Shown here one piece after another: positions 38,398 through 54,864 of a stretch of 64,000 nt of DNA; the first letter of the stretch is position 1; every line of letters starts with the position of its first letter. A model generated the notes under the pieces. It was given only the letters and a program-made list of their open reading frames with translations. It did not search any database and was not told where the DNA came from. The position numbers were made by a program, and so were the translations under genes. Source of the stretch: an uncultured Acidobacteriota bacterium (lineage in GTDB: Bacteria; Acidobacteriota; Vicinamibacteria; Fen-336); contig CAVRVE010000004.1 of assembly GCA_963724555.1 (NCBI GenBank), positions 134,284 to 198,283 on the forward strand, in the 5' to 3' direction.

Positions 38398-39723
38398 ATG
38401 CCCCGAAAGAAAGCCGGCAGCGCACGACCGCGTCGACGGCCGGCCGTCTCGCGCGGCCCGCGTGCGGCGGCTGCGGTGGCCGCGACGGCCGGGGCCTTCG
38501 ACACGCTCGCGTACTGGCTGATGCCCTCCGGGCTGAAAGGCCTGCTGACGACCGTCTTCTGGTCGGGATCGGCGTGGGCCCGTGCGCGCACGCGAAAGGG
38601 CCGTGGCGCGCCGCCGCAAACCCGGCCCTTCCCCATCCTGGCGCCCGGCAAGGTCGGCCTCGCGCTGGCCGAGCACGCGTTCTGGCGCGGGCGCCTGTGG
38701 AATCGCATCGTCGCCCTGCAGGGCGACAGCACCTTCACGAAGTTCGATCTCTTCGAGGCGACGGCCGACGCGCTCCTCTATTGGGGGACGTTCCGCGGCA
38801 ACGGCTACTACGGCAGCGAGGAATGCCACAGCTTCGCGGAGCCCTTCGTCTGGCTCGACCGCTTCATGAGCATCGGCGACTTCAAGCAGCAGCGCGTCGC
38901 CGACACCGTCCTCGACCCCCGCCACCGGAGTGTCGCGAACGCGGACGAGCTCACGCTGCGCGTCGAGATCGTGGCCCACTACGAGTCCTGGAAGGACCCC
39001 GACAGCGGGACCTCGTACACGGACGTGCTCGAGCTGCACTACTGGGGCCGCTACCCCGAGCCTGCCTCGCGGGAGGTGTACCACCTCGGCAACGGCCTCG
39101 GCACGATCCGGTTCGAGACCTTCAACGCTCAGGAGCCGAGCGGCGTCCGCCTCCAGTACGCGCAGGGTTTCGAGCGCTTCACGCCCCCCGACCTGCCGTC
39201 ACTGCCGTGGTACGACCCGTTCAAGAGCGCCACCCACGTCCGCAACGGCTTCTGCGAGGACTTCCTGACGCCACCCGAGCAGGGAGGCGAGGTCGGACGC
39301 TACCTGCGCGGCTGGTCGGGATCGAAGGACGCCGTGATCACCACCGACGGCGGCGACCAGGGGATGAGCCCGTGGAAGATCGCGCTACGCGGCTCGAACG
39401 GAGGCGGCGACGCCGAGGCCGACTTCGTGGTCGCCTCGGACTGGATTCCCGTCACGCCCGGGCGGCGCTATCGCCTGAGCGGCAGCCTGTGGCGGGTGTC
39501 GCCCGAGGACAACGTCTACCTGGACTTCAACGACGGCGTCGGCCAGGGTGGCCGCTTCGAGGACGCGCAGGCGCTCGCCGCCCACAGCCAGGTCTGGGAG
39601 CGCGTGGCGGCCGAGGCCACGGTCGGCCCGACGACGACCGCGATCAAGGTCCGCTGCGTGCGCGACGGCGCCAACAAGGGCAACGCCTACTGCGACGGGA
39701 TCACGCTTCAGCGGCTCGACTGA
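38398..39723 (+). CDS. Hypothetical protein (441 aa) with basic N-terminus and a possible C-terminal jelly-roll/CBM-like domain
   Basis: GGAGGA sits 7 nt before ATG 38398, so it is preferred over the track GTG 38383. Intact, with clear coding character. The C-terminus ...DFVVASDWIPVTPGRRYRLSGSLW...AIKVRCVRDG...AYCDGITLQRL loosely recalls carbohydrate-binding modules. Confidence 0.6.
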   Translation: MPRKKAGSARPRRRPAVSRGPRAAAAVAATAGAFDTLAYWLMPSGLKGLLTTVFWSGSAWARARTRKGRGAPPQTRPFPILAPGKVGLALAEHAFWRGRLWNRIVALQGDSTFTKFDLFEATADALLYWGTFRGNGYYGSEECHSFAEPFVWLDRFMSIGDFKQQRVADTVLDPRHRSVANADELTLRVEIVAHYESWKDPDSGTSYTDVLELHYWGRYPEPASREVYHLGNGLGTIRFETFNAQEPSGVRLQYAQGFERFTPPDLPSLPWYDPFKSATHVRNGFCEDFLTPPEQGGEVGRYLRGWSGSKDAVITTDGGDQGMSPWKIALRGSNGGGDAEADFVVASDWIPVTPGRRYRLSGSLWRVSPEDNVYLDFNDGVGQGGRFEDAQALAAHSQVWERVAAEATVGPTTTAIKVRCVRDGANKGNAYCDGITLQRLD

Positions 39724-39729
39724 CCGGCG

Positions 39730-41760
39730 TCAGCTCGAGCGCTGCTGCGCGTGCTGCAGCGGAATCCGCACCAGCAGCCACACGAGAGCCGCGAGCGGCA
39801 CGAGCGATGCCCAGGCGCCGAGCGGCCCGTCGACCCAGGCCATCTCCGGCAGGCCCAGCGCCTGCCCGATCGAGCGAAAGCCGTGGAAGGCCAGCACGAG
39901 CCCGGCGAGCAGCACGCCGGTGAGCGACTCGCCGGCGATCAGGCCCGATGCCACGAGCGTTCCGGTGCTCTCGGCCTGGGTCGCCTGCTCCGTCGTGAGC
40001 TGCTGGCGCTTGGCCCACCAGTCGGCGAGAGCCTTCAGGCAGCCGCCGACGAAGATCGCGCCGGTCGTCTCGGGCGGCAGGTACATGCCGACCGCGACCA
40101 GCATCACCGAAGGCGCCTTCAACAGGATCAGGAAGACCGCGAGCGCCATGCCGAACAAGATCAAGGCCCACGGCATCTCGCCGCCGACGATGCCCTGTGC
40201 CATCTGCGCCATGAGGCCCGCCTGGGGCGCCGGCAGGTTGCGGTCGCCGATCCCGATGCCGCCGAGCGCGATGTTGCCCTCGTGCAGGATCACGATCGGG
40301 AACACCAGCACGAAAGCGGTCACGACCGTCGAGAGGATCTCGGCCAGCTCCATCTTCCAGGGAGTGGCGCCCAGCAGCTGACCCACCTTGAGGTCCTGGA
40401 TCAGGCTGCCCGAGACGCACACCGCGCAGCAGACGACGGCGGCCACGCCGAGCACCGCCGCAACTCCCTGCAGGCCCGTGATGCCGAAGCCCACCATCAG
40501 CAGCGCCGAGAGGATGAGCGTCGAGAGGGCGAGACCCGAGACCGGCTGGTTGGAGCCGCCCACCAGGCCGACCAGGTAGCCGCCGACCGCGGAGAACAGG
40601 AAGCCCGTCACCATCATCACCGCGGCCGCCACCACGGCGCCGATGACGCTCTGGCTGAAGTGGTAGAAGATGACCGCGACCGGGACGCTCAGCGCCGCGA
40701 TCGCGAGCAGCACGCCGCTCGCGGGCAGGTCGCGCTCCGTCCGCAGCTTCTCCGCCGCGCTGCCTTTGTGGAAGGCGCCGCGGAACGCCTGCAGGATCGA
40801 AGCGCGCATCCGCCAGAGCGTCCAGGCGGCGCCCACCAGCATCGAGCCCACGGCGATCGGCCGGATCTCGTTGTACCAGATGCTGAAGACCAGCTCGTCG
40901 ATCGGCGGCGCGCCCGAGCCCGAGGACAGCTGCGCCCCGAGCTCCGGGTTCAGGAACAGCGCGAGCGGCACGAGCACGAACCACGCGAGCAGGCCGCCCG
41001 CGAAGTTGATCGCGCTCAGCTCGAAGCCGATCACGTAGCCGACGCCGATGAGCGCGGGCGAGATCGCGGGCGTCGACCACACGATGGCACCGTGGTGCGT
41101 CACGTCCCCGAGCGGCGCGCGGCTCGAGTCGAAGTGGTGGACGACCGAGGCCGGGAACTCCTTGACGACGGCGACTGTCTCGCGGAACAGCCGGATCCCG
41201 GAGGCGTCCTTCAGCACCTGGATCAGCATCCCGAGCCCCATCGCCCCGAACACGTAGCGCGCGCCGGTGTCGCTGCGCTGCCCGGCCTTCACGATCTCGG
41301 CGCAGGCGCGACTCTCGGGGAACGGCAGTCCCGCGTCCACGCACAGCGTGCGGCGCAGCAGGACGATGAAGAGAATGCCCAGCACGCCGCCCACCAGCAG
41401 GATCAGCGACGTCTCCCAGTAGTTGAAGCTGGTCCAGAGCCGCTGGCCGTCGACGTTCACCATCACGAACGCCGGGATCGTGAAGATGGCACCGGCGACG
41501 AGCGCCTCTCCCACCGAGGCCGCGGTGCGCATGGTGTTCTGCTCGAGCACGGTGCCGCGGAAGAACGGCAGGCGGAACGCCGCGATCGCGAGGACCGCCG
41601 CCGGGAAGGTGGCCGACACCGTCTGGCCGGCCTTGAACCCCAGGTAGGCATTGGCCGCGCCGAGCAGCGATGCGACCAGCACGCCCAGCACGACCGCCTT
41701 CACCGTCAGCTCGGCGAGGTTCTCCTCGGGCGGGACGTAAGGCTTCGTGTCGTCGGCCAT
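39730..41760 (-). CDS. OPT-family oligopeptide transporter
   Basis: Intact 676 aa polytopic membrane protein: LTVKAVVLGVLVASLLGAANAYLGFKAGQTVSATFPAAVLA, LPFPESRACAEI, GGSNQPVSGLA, LIQDLKVG. Confidence 0.85.
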   Translation of the reverse strand: MADDTKPYVPPEENLAELTVKAVVLGVLVASLLGAANAYLGFKAGQTVSATFPAAVLAIAAFRLPFFRGTVLEQNTMRTAASVGEALVAGAIFTIPAFVMVNVDGQRLWTSFNYWETSLILLVGGVLGILFIVLLRRTLCVDAGLPFPESRACAEIVKAGQRSDTGARYVFGAMGLGMLIQVLKDASGIRLFRETVAVVKEFPASVVHHFDSSRAPLGDVTHHGAIVWSTPAISPALIGVGYVIGFELSAINFAGGLLAWFVLVPLALFLNPELGAQLSSGSGAPPIDELVFSIWYNEIRPIAVGSMLVGAAWTLWRMRASILQAFRGAFHKGSAAEKLRTERDLPASGVLLAIAALSVPVAVIFYHFSQSVIGAVVAAAVMMVTGFLFSAVGGYLVGLVGGSNQPVSGLALSTLILSALLMVGFGITGLQGVAAVLGVAAVVCCAVCVSGSLIQDLKVGQLLGATPWKMELAEILSTVVTAFVLVFPIVILHEGNIALGGIGIGDRNLPAPQAGLMAQMAQGIVGGEMPWALILFGMALAVFLILLKAPSVMLVAVGMYLPPETTGAIFVGGCLKALADWWAKRQQLTTEQATQAESTGTLVASGLIAGESLTGVLLAGLVLAFHGFRSIGQALGLPEMAWVDGPLGAWASLVPLAALVWLLVRIPLQHAQQRSS

Positions 41761-41810
41761 TCGCGTCTCCAGAGTTGTCGGGCGGAAGGCGGGATTCTAG
41801 CGCGTCCGCG

Positions 41811-42374
41811 TCAGAACAGGCGCTCACGCAGGGCGGGTAGCCGCAGCACCTCTTCGGCCGCCAGCTGCGCCCACTCGCCGCGCCGGCCCTCCGGCAGCCG
41901 CGTGTGCGGGAGCCTGCGCTCCTCGAGCAGCTCGTCGACGAGCCGGTCGATCTGCTTCATGAAGAACTCGTCGGTGTCGCGGATGCCGTCGGCCTGCGCC
42001 CCGCCGACGTAGGGCACCTTGAAGAGCACGTCGTAGCTCTTCATCCAGCGGTTCACGAGCGGCTCGAGCCACTTCTGCCGGCCCGCCGCGAAGACCAGGT
42101 AGGCGTAGTTGTCGAGGACGCTCCTGTCGCACACCACCACCTCGTGGTGCGCCGCGGAGCGGATCTCCTCGGCGATCTGCGTCGTCAGGATCCACAGCTG
42201 CGCTTCGAGCGAGGTCTTGCGATTGATCGGCAGCGGCGACAGCCGCGCCACCTCCTTCACGAGGTCGACGTGCAGCCCGCGCTTCTTGAGCACCGCGCCG
42301 ACGTCGAAGCAGAGCGTCGTCTTGCCCACGCCGTGCGTGCCGATGAAGGCGAGCTTGATCATGAAGCCGCGCAT
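41811..42374 (-). CDS. P-loop NTPase (AAA_28/NadR-kinase-like)
   Basis: Walker A FIGTHGVGKTT, Walker B-like VVVCDRSVLDN. Intact. Start ATG 42374 or 42362. Confidence 0.6.
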   Translation of the reverse strand: MRGFMIKLAFIGTHGVGKTTLCFDVGAVLKKRGLHVDLVKEVARLSPLPINRKTSLEAQLWILTTQIAEEIRSAAHHEVVVCDRSVLDNYAYLVFAAGRQKWLEPLVNRWMKSYDVLFKVPYVGGAQADGIRDTDEFFMKQIDRLVDELLEERRLPHTRLPEGRRGEWAQLAAEEVLRLPALRERLF

Positions 42375-42406
42375 TCTATGCTGTAATCCCGGGCGGGGGT
42401 GGCGCC

Positions 42407-42763
42407 TTGTCGGACGTCTACGAGCCGTGGGAGCGGCTGATCCGCATCGTCGTGCTCGGAAAGGCGCTCGACGTCCCGGAGAAGAACCTGCTGCTGCGTC
42501 AGCTGCAGTACGTCTCCGAGGACGTCGGGATGGGACGCTACTGCTGGAACGCCGAGTGCCGCTACTGCGAGGTGTCCTACCAGCGTCCCGGCGACGACAC
42601 CGAGCACACCGGGCTCGCCTGCCGGCTGCGGGGCTTCGACGGCATGCGGCTCACCAAGCTCGCTGCCGAGGTCCGCTACAACATGAGCGAGGCCCTGGCG
42701 CGGGCGCCCAGGGAGGAAGACGCAGAGGCGCCGGCCGCAGGGGCTAGCCCCCCACGCGAGTGA
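42407..42763 (+). CDS. Small (2Fe-2S)-binding ferredoxin-like protein
   Basis: 118 aa. RYCWNAECRYCEV...GLACRLRGFDGMRL gives the C-x4-C-x2-C...C pattern of 2Fe-2S domains such as the sarcosine-oxidase alpha N-terminal type. TTG start. Confidence 0.5.
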   Translation: MSDVYEPWERLIRIVVLGKALDVPEKNLLLRQLQYVSEDVGMGRYCWNAECRYCEVSYQRPGDDTEHTGLACRLRGFDGMRLTKLAAEVRYNMSEALARAPREEDAEAPAAGASPPRE

Positions 42764-43563
42764 GCCGCGCCCGCACCTGGCGGTAGGCGGTCACCAGGCT
42801 GTTGCGCGTCATGTCCAGGTAGCGGGCGGCGAACTCGCTGGGGCTGTCGCTGCGCGTCAGGCTCTCCTTCGCGCGCGCCAGCAGCTTGGCGCAGGTGGCC
42901 TGCAGGATGTCGTCGGCGGCCCCGCGCGCCTTGAGCGCCGACAGGTCGCGCCGCAGCTCGTTGCCGACGCGCTCGATCTCGAGCACGAGCTCGCGCTGGT
43001 GCGCGTCGAGCGGGTAGACCACCTCTTCGACGGGTGCAGCCTCGGGCGGCGGAGGCGGCACTTCGGCCGTCGGCGGTTCGGCTCGCCTTCAGCTCCTGGA
43101 ACGCGCGCGCGAAGACGAGCGGGTAGAGCCGGTTCGCTTCCTCGAACTCCCGCTTGGCGTCGTCGTCGCGCGTGCGGTAGTAGCGCTCGAGCAGGTTCTT
43201 CACGCGACCGACCTGTCGCTCTTCCTTCTCTTCGAGGACGAGCGCCACCTCGGCCGCCAGGTCGTGGATGCGCTGCGCGACGAGGCGGTTGTGCTCGTGA
43301 GTGCGCGTGTCCGCCAGGTCGTGGTCCTTGCCGTAGACGATGCGCGCCGTGGGCTCGCCGTAGTTCGCGTAGGCGATGACGTTGAGCCGCCTCACCCACG
43401 CTTCGGTCGCCTCGTCGAAGATCGGTCCCAGGTCCTCGACCTGGAGGTGATACAGGGTGCCCGTGCGCGAGGAGTGGTTCTTGTTGAAGCCCATCACCCG
43501 GCACAGGTGACGCGGCAGGAGGGACGCATCGCTCGCGGGGTTATCGTCGTCGATCGGCGTCAC
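42744..43563 (-). CDS. Hypothetical protein (~273 aa), divergent from dnaK; one frame break ~43075
   Basis: GTG 43563. N-terminal part is in track ORF 42676..43563 (…GTLYHLQVEDLGPIFDEATEAWVRRLNVIAYANYGEP…) and C-terminal part in track ORF 42744..43061 (PPPPPEAAPVEEVVYPLDAHQRELVLEIERVGNELRRDL…). Confidence 0.55.
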
Positions 43564-43794
43564 TCTCCCCCAAATACCTCTACCAGCGAACTTTAGCAGA
43601 GCTCGCCCAGGCTCGCAACCGGCGCTGCCGCCGCCCCTGGAGTGCCCTGGAAGATGCGGAAGCGTACGGCGGAGCCCAACGGCCGCCTGCCCAGCCGCCT
43701 CACGTCAGGCCCTCGAACGCCCGGCCAGTTCGCCAATAATCGACTATATATCAGTAAGTTACATTGATGAGCGTAATCTACTCATATTCTCTGC

Positions 43795-45759
<1,965 letters not shown>

Positions 45760-45791
45760 ATTGTTTCGTGAATCGAAGGAGGAGTAGCAGT

Positions 45792-48345
<2,554 letters not shown>

Positions 48346-48349
48346 CGCC

Positions 48350-48390
48350 ATGCCGGGATGGGAGCCCGCCGCGCGCTCCCATCCCGGCAT
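48350..48390 (+). terminator. groEL terminator hairpin
   Basis: ATGCCGGGATGGGAGC (48350-48365) / GCTCCCATCCCGGCAT (48375-48390), a perfect 16-bp stem with 9-nt loop, starting 5 nt after the stop. Confidence 0.7.
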
Positions 48391-48409
48391 CTCTGGCAAT
48401 TTCGTTGGG

Positions 48410-48467
48410 CCGTTGTCCGGTATCCGTTTTCCGGTCCTTCCGTCCGTTTGGCCTCATCCGCCAGTCC
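48410..48467. repeat. Degenerate heptad repeat / TCC-dense tract (GGA-dense on the minus strand)
   Basis: CCGTTGT CCGGTAT CCGTTTT CCGGTCC (48410-48437), then TT CCGT CCGTTTG. Eight TCC triplets lie between 48416 and 48467. Confidence 0.85.
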
Positions 48468-48749
48468 CCCGTTTTCGTAGGTCGTTCAGCACCCGTTTGT
48501 ACGTTCCGGACGCCCGTCCTCGCCGGTGGACGGGGCGCACACAACTTTTCACCTGGATGGTGCGTCAATCCCTTGTAGATGCGTGACTTGCGGGACCCCG
48601 TCGAGCGCCGGAAAACGGCACCGGGATTGCTCGCTGGGCTATACTGAGCGGCTTCTGGAGGCCAGTGAAAGGCTCGCGGGAAGCCACAGTGGTCGACAGA
48701 CGTACTTGAATGGCGAGGACGTGACCTCGCCGCGGAGGTTGGAAGTTCG

Positions 48750-50265
48750 ATGAGAACGCGCACGCTGACGATCGGCTCGTTTTTCTCGATCGCGATGGCC
48801 GCTACCCTGGTGGGGGCGCTCGTCACGTCGCAGGCCCGCCGGCCCGAACCGGTGGCGGCCAGCACCGTGGACGCGCCCGCGGCGCGGCTCGCTCCCAACG
48901 CTCCCATGGGCCTCGAGACCTTCCGCGACATCGCCCGCACGATCAATGCGGGCGTCGTCAACATCAACACCTCGAAGACGGTGCGCCTGCCCCGCAATCG
49001 CAACCCGTTCCGCGACTTCTTCGGCCTGCAGGAGGACGACAACGGCCAGTCCCCGCTTCCCGAGAACGACCGCGGCGGCGAGCGCCACTCGCCGCACCAG
49101 CCTCGGCTCGGGCTTCGTGATCGACGACCAGGGCTACATCCTGACGAACCGCCACGTGATCGAGGGCGCCGACGAGATCAACGTGTCCTTCCCGGACGGC
49201 AAGCGCTTCGACGCGAAGGTCGTCGGCCAGGACGCGCGGACCGACGTCGCGCTCATCAAGATCGAGCCGAAGGGGCACCTGACGACGATTCCGCTCGGCA
49301 ACTCGGACGGCGTCGAGGTCGGCGAGTGGGTGATGGCCGTCGGCAACCCCTTCGGGCTGCCGGGCGGCGGCAACAGCGTCACGGTCGGCGTCGTGTCCTT
49401 CAAGGGCCGCGACCTCGAGCTCGGCGTGCGCAACACCTCCGTCGAGATGATCCAGACCGACGCCGCGATCAACCCCGGCAACTCGGGCGGCCCGCTCATC
49501 AACACCCGCGGCGAGGTGGTGGGCATCAACACCATGATCGTCACGGGCGGCGCCCAGGCGAGCGCCGGCGTCGGCTTCTCGGTGCCGATCAACGTGGCGC
49601 GCGAGATCCTGCCGCAGCTGCGCGACAAGGGGAAGGTCGTGCGCGGGTGGATGGGCGTCACGATCGGCCCGATGAGCGAGGACCTCGCGGCCACCTACGG
49701 CCTGAGCGAGGCGCAGGGCACGATCGTCAACTCCGTCGACGCCCGGGCTCGCCCGCCGACAAGGCCGGGCTGAAGCCCGAGGACGCCATCCTGTCCGCCG
49801 ACGGCCGCACGGTCCAGGACAACGGCGACCTCTCGCGCTACATCGCGTCGCTCGCCCCGGGCACGACCGTGAAGCTCGACTTCGTGCGCGGCAAGGACAG
49901 GAAGAGCACGTCCGTGACGCTCGGCACCTTCCAGGATCGCGACGACCGACGAGGCCGGCGACGAGGCCGGCCACGCCAGCCTCGGCATGACGCTGCGCGA
50001 GCTGACGGCGCCGGTCGCCGAGCGCATGGGCCTGCCGCGTGAAACCAAGGGCGTGGTAGTGGTCGAGGTCGAGCCCGGCGAGGCCGCCGAGACCTCGGGC
50101 CTGATCCGCTCCGACGTGATCGTGAGCGTGAACGGCCAGCCGGTCGCCACGACCGCGGACTTCGAACAGCAGATCACCGCAGCCAAGCCGGCCGGCCGCG
50201 CGCGGCTGCGCGTCTACAACTCCCAAATCGACGGCTATCGCATGATCGCACTCAGGCTGAAGTGA
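48750..50265 (+). pseudogene. htrA: HtrA/DegP-family serine endoprotease with two PDZ domains; three frame breaks (~49040-49095, ~49742, ~49947)
   Basis: GGAGG before ATG 48750, TM/signal IGSFFSIAMAATLVGALV. LGSGFVIDDQGYILTNRHV, DVALIKI, NPGNSGGPLIN (track ORF 48946..49773). PDZ1 in track ORF 48750..50042, PDZ2 in 49987..50265. Confidence 0.85.
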
Positions 50266-50273
50266 GGACCGCA

Positions 50274-50726
50274 ATGACGACACGCAAGACCGAAAACAAC
50301 GACCGCGAGCGCTACCTGCTGCTCAGGGGAATGCTCGAGGACCGCCGCCGCGAGATCCACGAGAAGCTGCGCTCGCTGCGCGAGGCGATTCCGGCCGCCT
50401 CGCACGACGTGCGCGACGCCGAGGAGCAGAGCGTCGACGAGTTCGTCCAGGAAGTGGACCTCGCCCTGATGCAGATGAAGTCCGAGACCCTCAAGAAGAT
50501 CGACGCCGCGATCCTGCGGCTCGAGCAGGGAAGCTACGGGCGCTGCCAGGAGTGCGACCAGGAGATCGCTGCGGCGCGCCTGCGCGCGCTGCCGTTCGCG
50601 GTGCTGTGCCGCGACTGCCAGGAGCAGACCGAGGACCGGGTTCGCTACGAGCGCGAGGCGAAGGCCTTCGCGCGGCTGCAGAAGGAGCTCGCGAGCGTCA
50701 CGCTGCGCACCGGCGCCCGCGACTGA
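50274..50726 (+). CDS. DksA/TraR-family C4 zinc-finger protein
   Basis: GAGGA sits 7 nt before ATG 50274. [28 protein letters not shown]. Intact. Confidence 0.75.
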   Translation: MTTRKTENNDRERYLLLRGMLEDRRREIHEKLRSLREAIPAASHDVRDAEEQSVDEFVQEVDLALMQMKSETLKKIDAAILRLEQGSYGRCQECDQEIAAARLRALPFAVLCRDCQEQTEDRVRYEREAKAFARLQKELASVTLRTGARD

Positions 50727-50736
50727 GGAGGCAGAT

Positions 50737-53178
<2,442 letters not shown>

Positions 53179-53241
53179 GCCGAGCTACCCGGGCTCGGCA
53201 CTCTCGGGTGCGACCGTCGCAGCGGGCGCGGGCACGCCCGA

Positions 53242-54840
53242 TCAGCCGGTCGATGATGGCGCCCACGAGCAGGAGCGCCAGGACGGGAACGGCGAAGCTC
53301 CGGAACAGGGCGTCGACGCGCGGGCGGCTGCGCGCCAGGTGATCGAGCACGAAGAGCAGGCCGAGGACGGCCAGCCAGACGATCGCCACACGCGTGCTCG
53401 CGCTCCGAGGCGTGCGTGAGCGATCGGCAGGTAGTCGCCGATCGCCGGCCCTCCGGACAGCGCCGCCCATAGCCGCGTCGGGCGGTTGCCGCGGTTGAGC
53501 AGGAGCCGGGCTGCGGGATCGGCCACGGTCACCGCGGCGAGAAAGACGTCCCGTGATCCAGAGTCCCGGGAACCAGCGCCGAGGCCGCTGCCCGATCCCG
53601 GCGAGCCGCAGCGCGAGCGGCGCGCGCGAGAAGCGGCAGCAGCGGCACCAGGAAGCGCGCCGGCGGGCACTGGCCTCCCCACCACATCCGCCAGGACACG
53701 AGCGGCACCACGACGGCGAGCCCCACCAGCACGTGCGGCCACGCCTCGCGCTTGCGCAGCCAGCCCGAAAGGCCGGCGAGCGCCAGCAGGAACACGGGCG
53801 CGATCGGCAGCAGGCCGTAGGACCGGTCGAGGAAGAGACCCGCGGGAGACCGCCACGTCAGGACGCGGGCGTCCGCCGGCACGCCGCCGTAGAGCGCGAG
53901 CGGCGAGGCCACTCCGAAGACCGAGAAATAGTAGAGAGCGAAGCCGGCACCGGCGGCGCCGGCCACCAGCAGGAACGCCGCGAGCGCCTTTCCGCGCAGC
54001 CGCGCGAGTGCCACGACGCCGAGCGCCACCGCCGCGGGAATCATCTTGACGTGGAGCCACGGCAGCGCCGCCGCGCGAGAGCGCCGCGAGTGCCGCGCCC
54101 GGCGGCCCGGGCACCCCCAGGATCAGGACGAGCGAGCCGCCGGCCGCCAGCGCCGAGGGAGCCTCGGTGTAGAGGTGGAACGAATAGAAGAAGAGCGGCG
54201 GGCCGACGACTGCGAGCCAGACGGCGAGGCCGGCGCTCGCATCGCCCGTCACCCCCGACGCGAGGCGCTGGCAGACGAGTGCGGCGGCCGAGGCGATCAA
54301 CGCCATCACGAGCACGCAGCCTTCCCTGCCGAGCGCGGCGTACGCAGGAGCCAGCAGCATCGGCAGGCCGGGGCTGTGCGCCGGGAACGGCCGGCCGTCC
54401 GCCCGCGGCGCGCCCCAGTGCGGTCGCAGCGGTCCCGGCACGAACTCGCTCCACTCCTCGCCGTCGTATTCGTCGCGCAGGTCGAGGTCGTGGTCGCGCC
54501 AGAGGCTCTGTGCCATCACCAGGTAGTGCGGCTCGTCTCCCGAGACCTGCACGCCCGCCGCGTAGTGGAGCCCGACCGCCGCGTAGAGCGCGAAAGCGAC
54601 CGCGAGCAACGCCAGCGGCCGCCGTCCCAGGGCGTCGCCCCAGCGTGCGAGCTTCGGGGCGAGCGCCTGCGCCAGAAGCAAGCTGGCTCCGACTGCGACC
54701 AGCAGGAGCCCCGCGGGTCCCCGCAGCACGCCCAGGCTCGGAAGGCGATCGACGAGCGGCGGGACGTGCGCGAGCCCGAGCGGGATCAGGATGCCCAGCA
54801 ACACGTCCGCGGCGAGGCGGCGGCCGTCGGGCAGCGGCAT
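53242..54840 (-). pseudogene. Polytopic membrane protein, GT-C-type glycosyltransferase-like (ArnT/PMT-like); at least three frame breaks; 3' end uncertain
   Basis: About 12 hydrophobic segments. The first-loop acidic motif SGDEPHYLVMAQSLWRDHDLDL is reminiscent of the DExxY loop of GT-C enzymes. Pieces lie in track ORFs 53242..54840, 53529..54044 and 53054..53470. Confidence 0.45.
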
Positions 54841-54864
54841 CAGTCGCAGATGCTAGCCGAGAAG

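Noticed and set aside
43593-43601. TTAGCAGAG resembling the left arm of a CIRCE element (TTAGCACTC-N9-GAGTGCTAA) upstream of dnaK
   Set aside because: No matching right arm follows within 9-15 nt. It lies ~200 bp upstream of the promoter, and no CIRCE-like sequence precedes groES either.
48420-48450. Minus-strand ACGGACGGAAGGACCGGAA resembling the SRP RNA domain IV motif (…GGUCCGGAAGGAAGCAGC…)
   Set aside because: The similarity stops after CGGAAGGA, with no AGCAGCC continuation and no flanking helix 8 pairing. The conserved RNase P GAGGAAAGUCCGGGC box and the tmRNA/6S signatures are likewise absent.
48705-48732. CTTGAAT-13 nt-CCTCGCCG as a second sigma32-type promoter in front of htrA
   Set aside because: The -10 part matches only 3 of 8 consensus positions, and the implied TSS would fall on or after the htrA ribosome-binding site.
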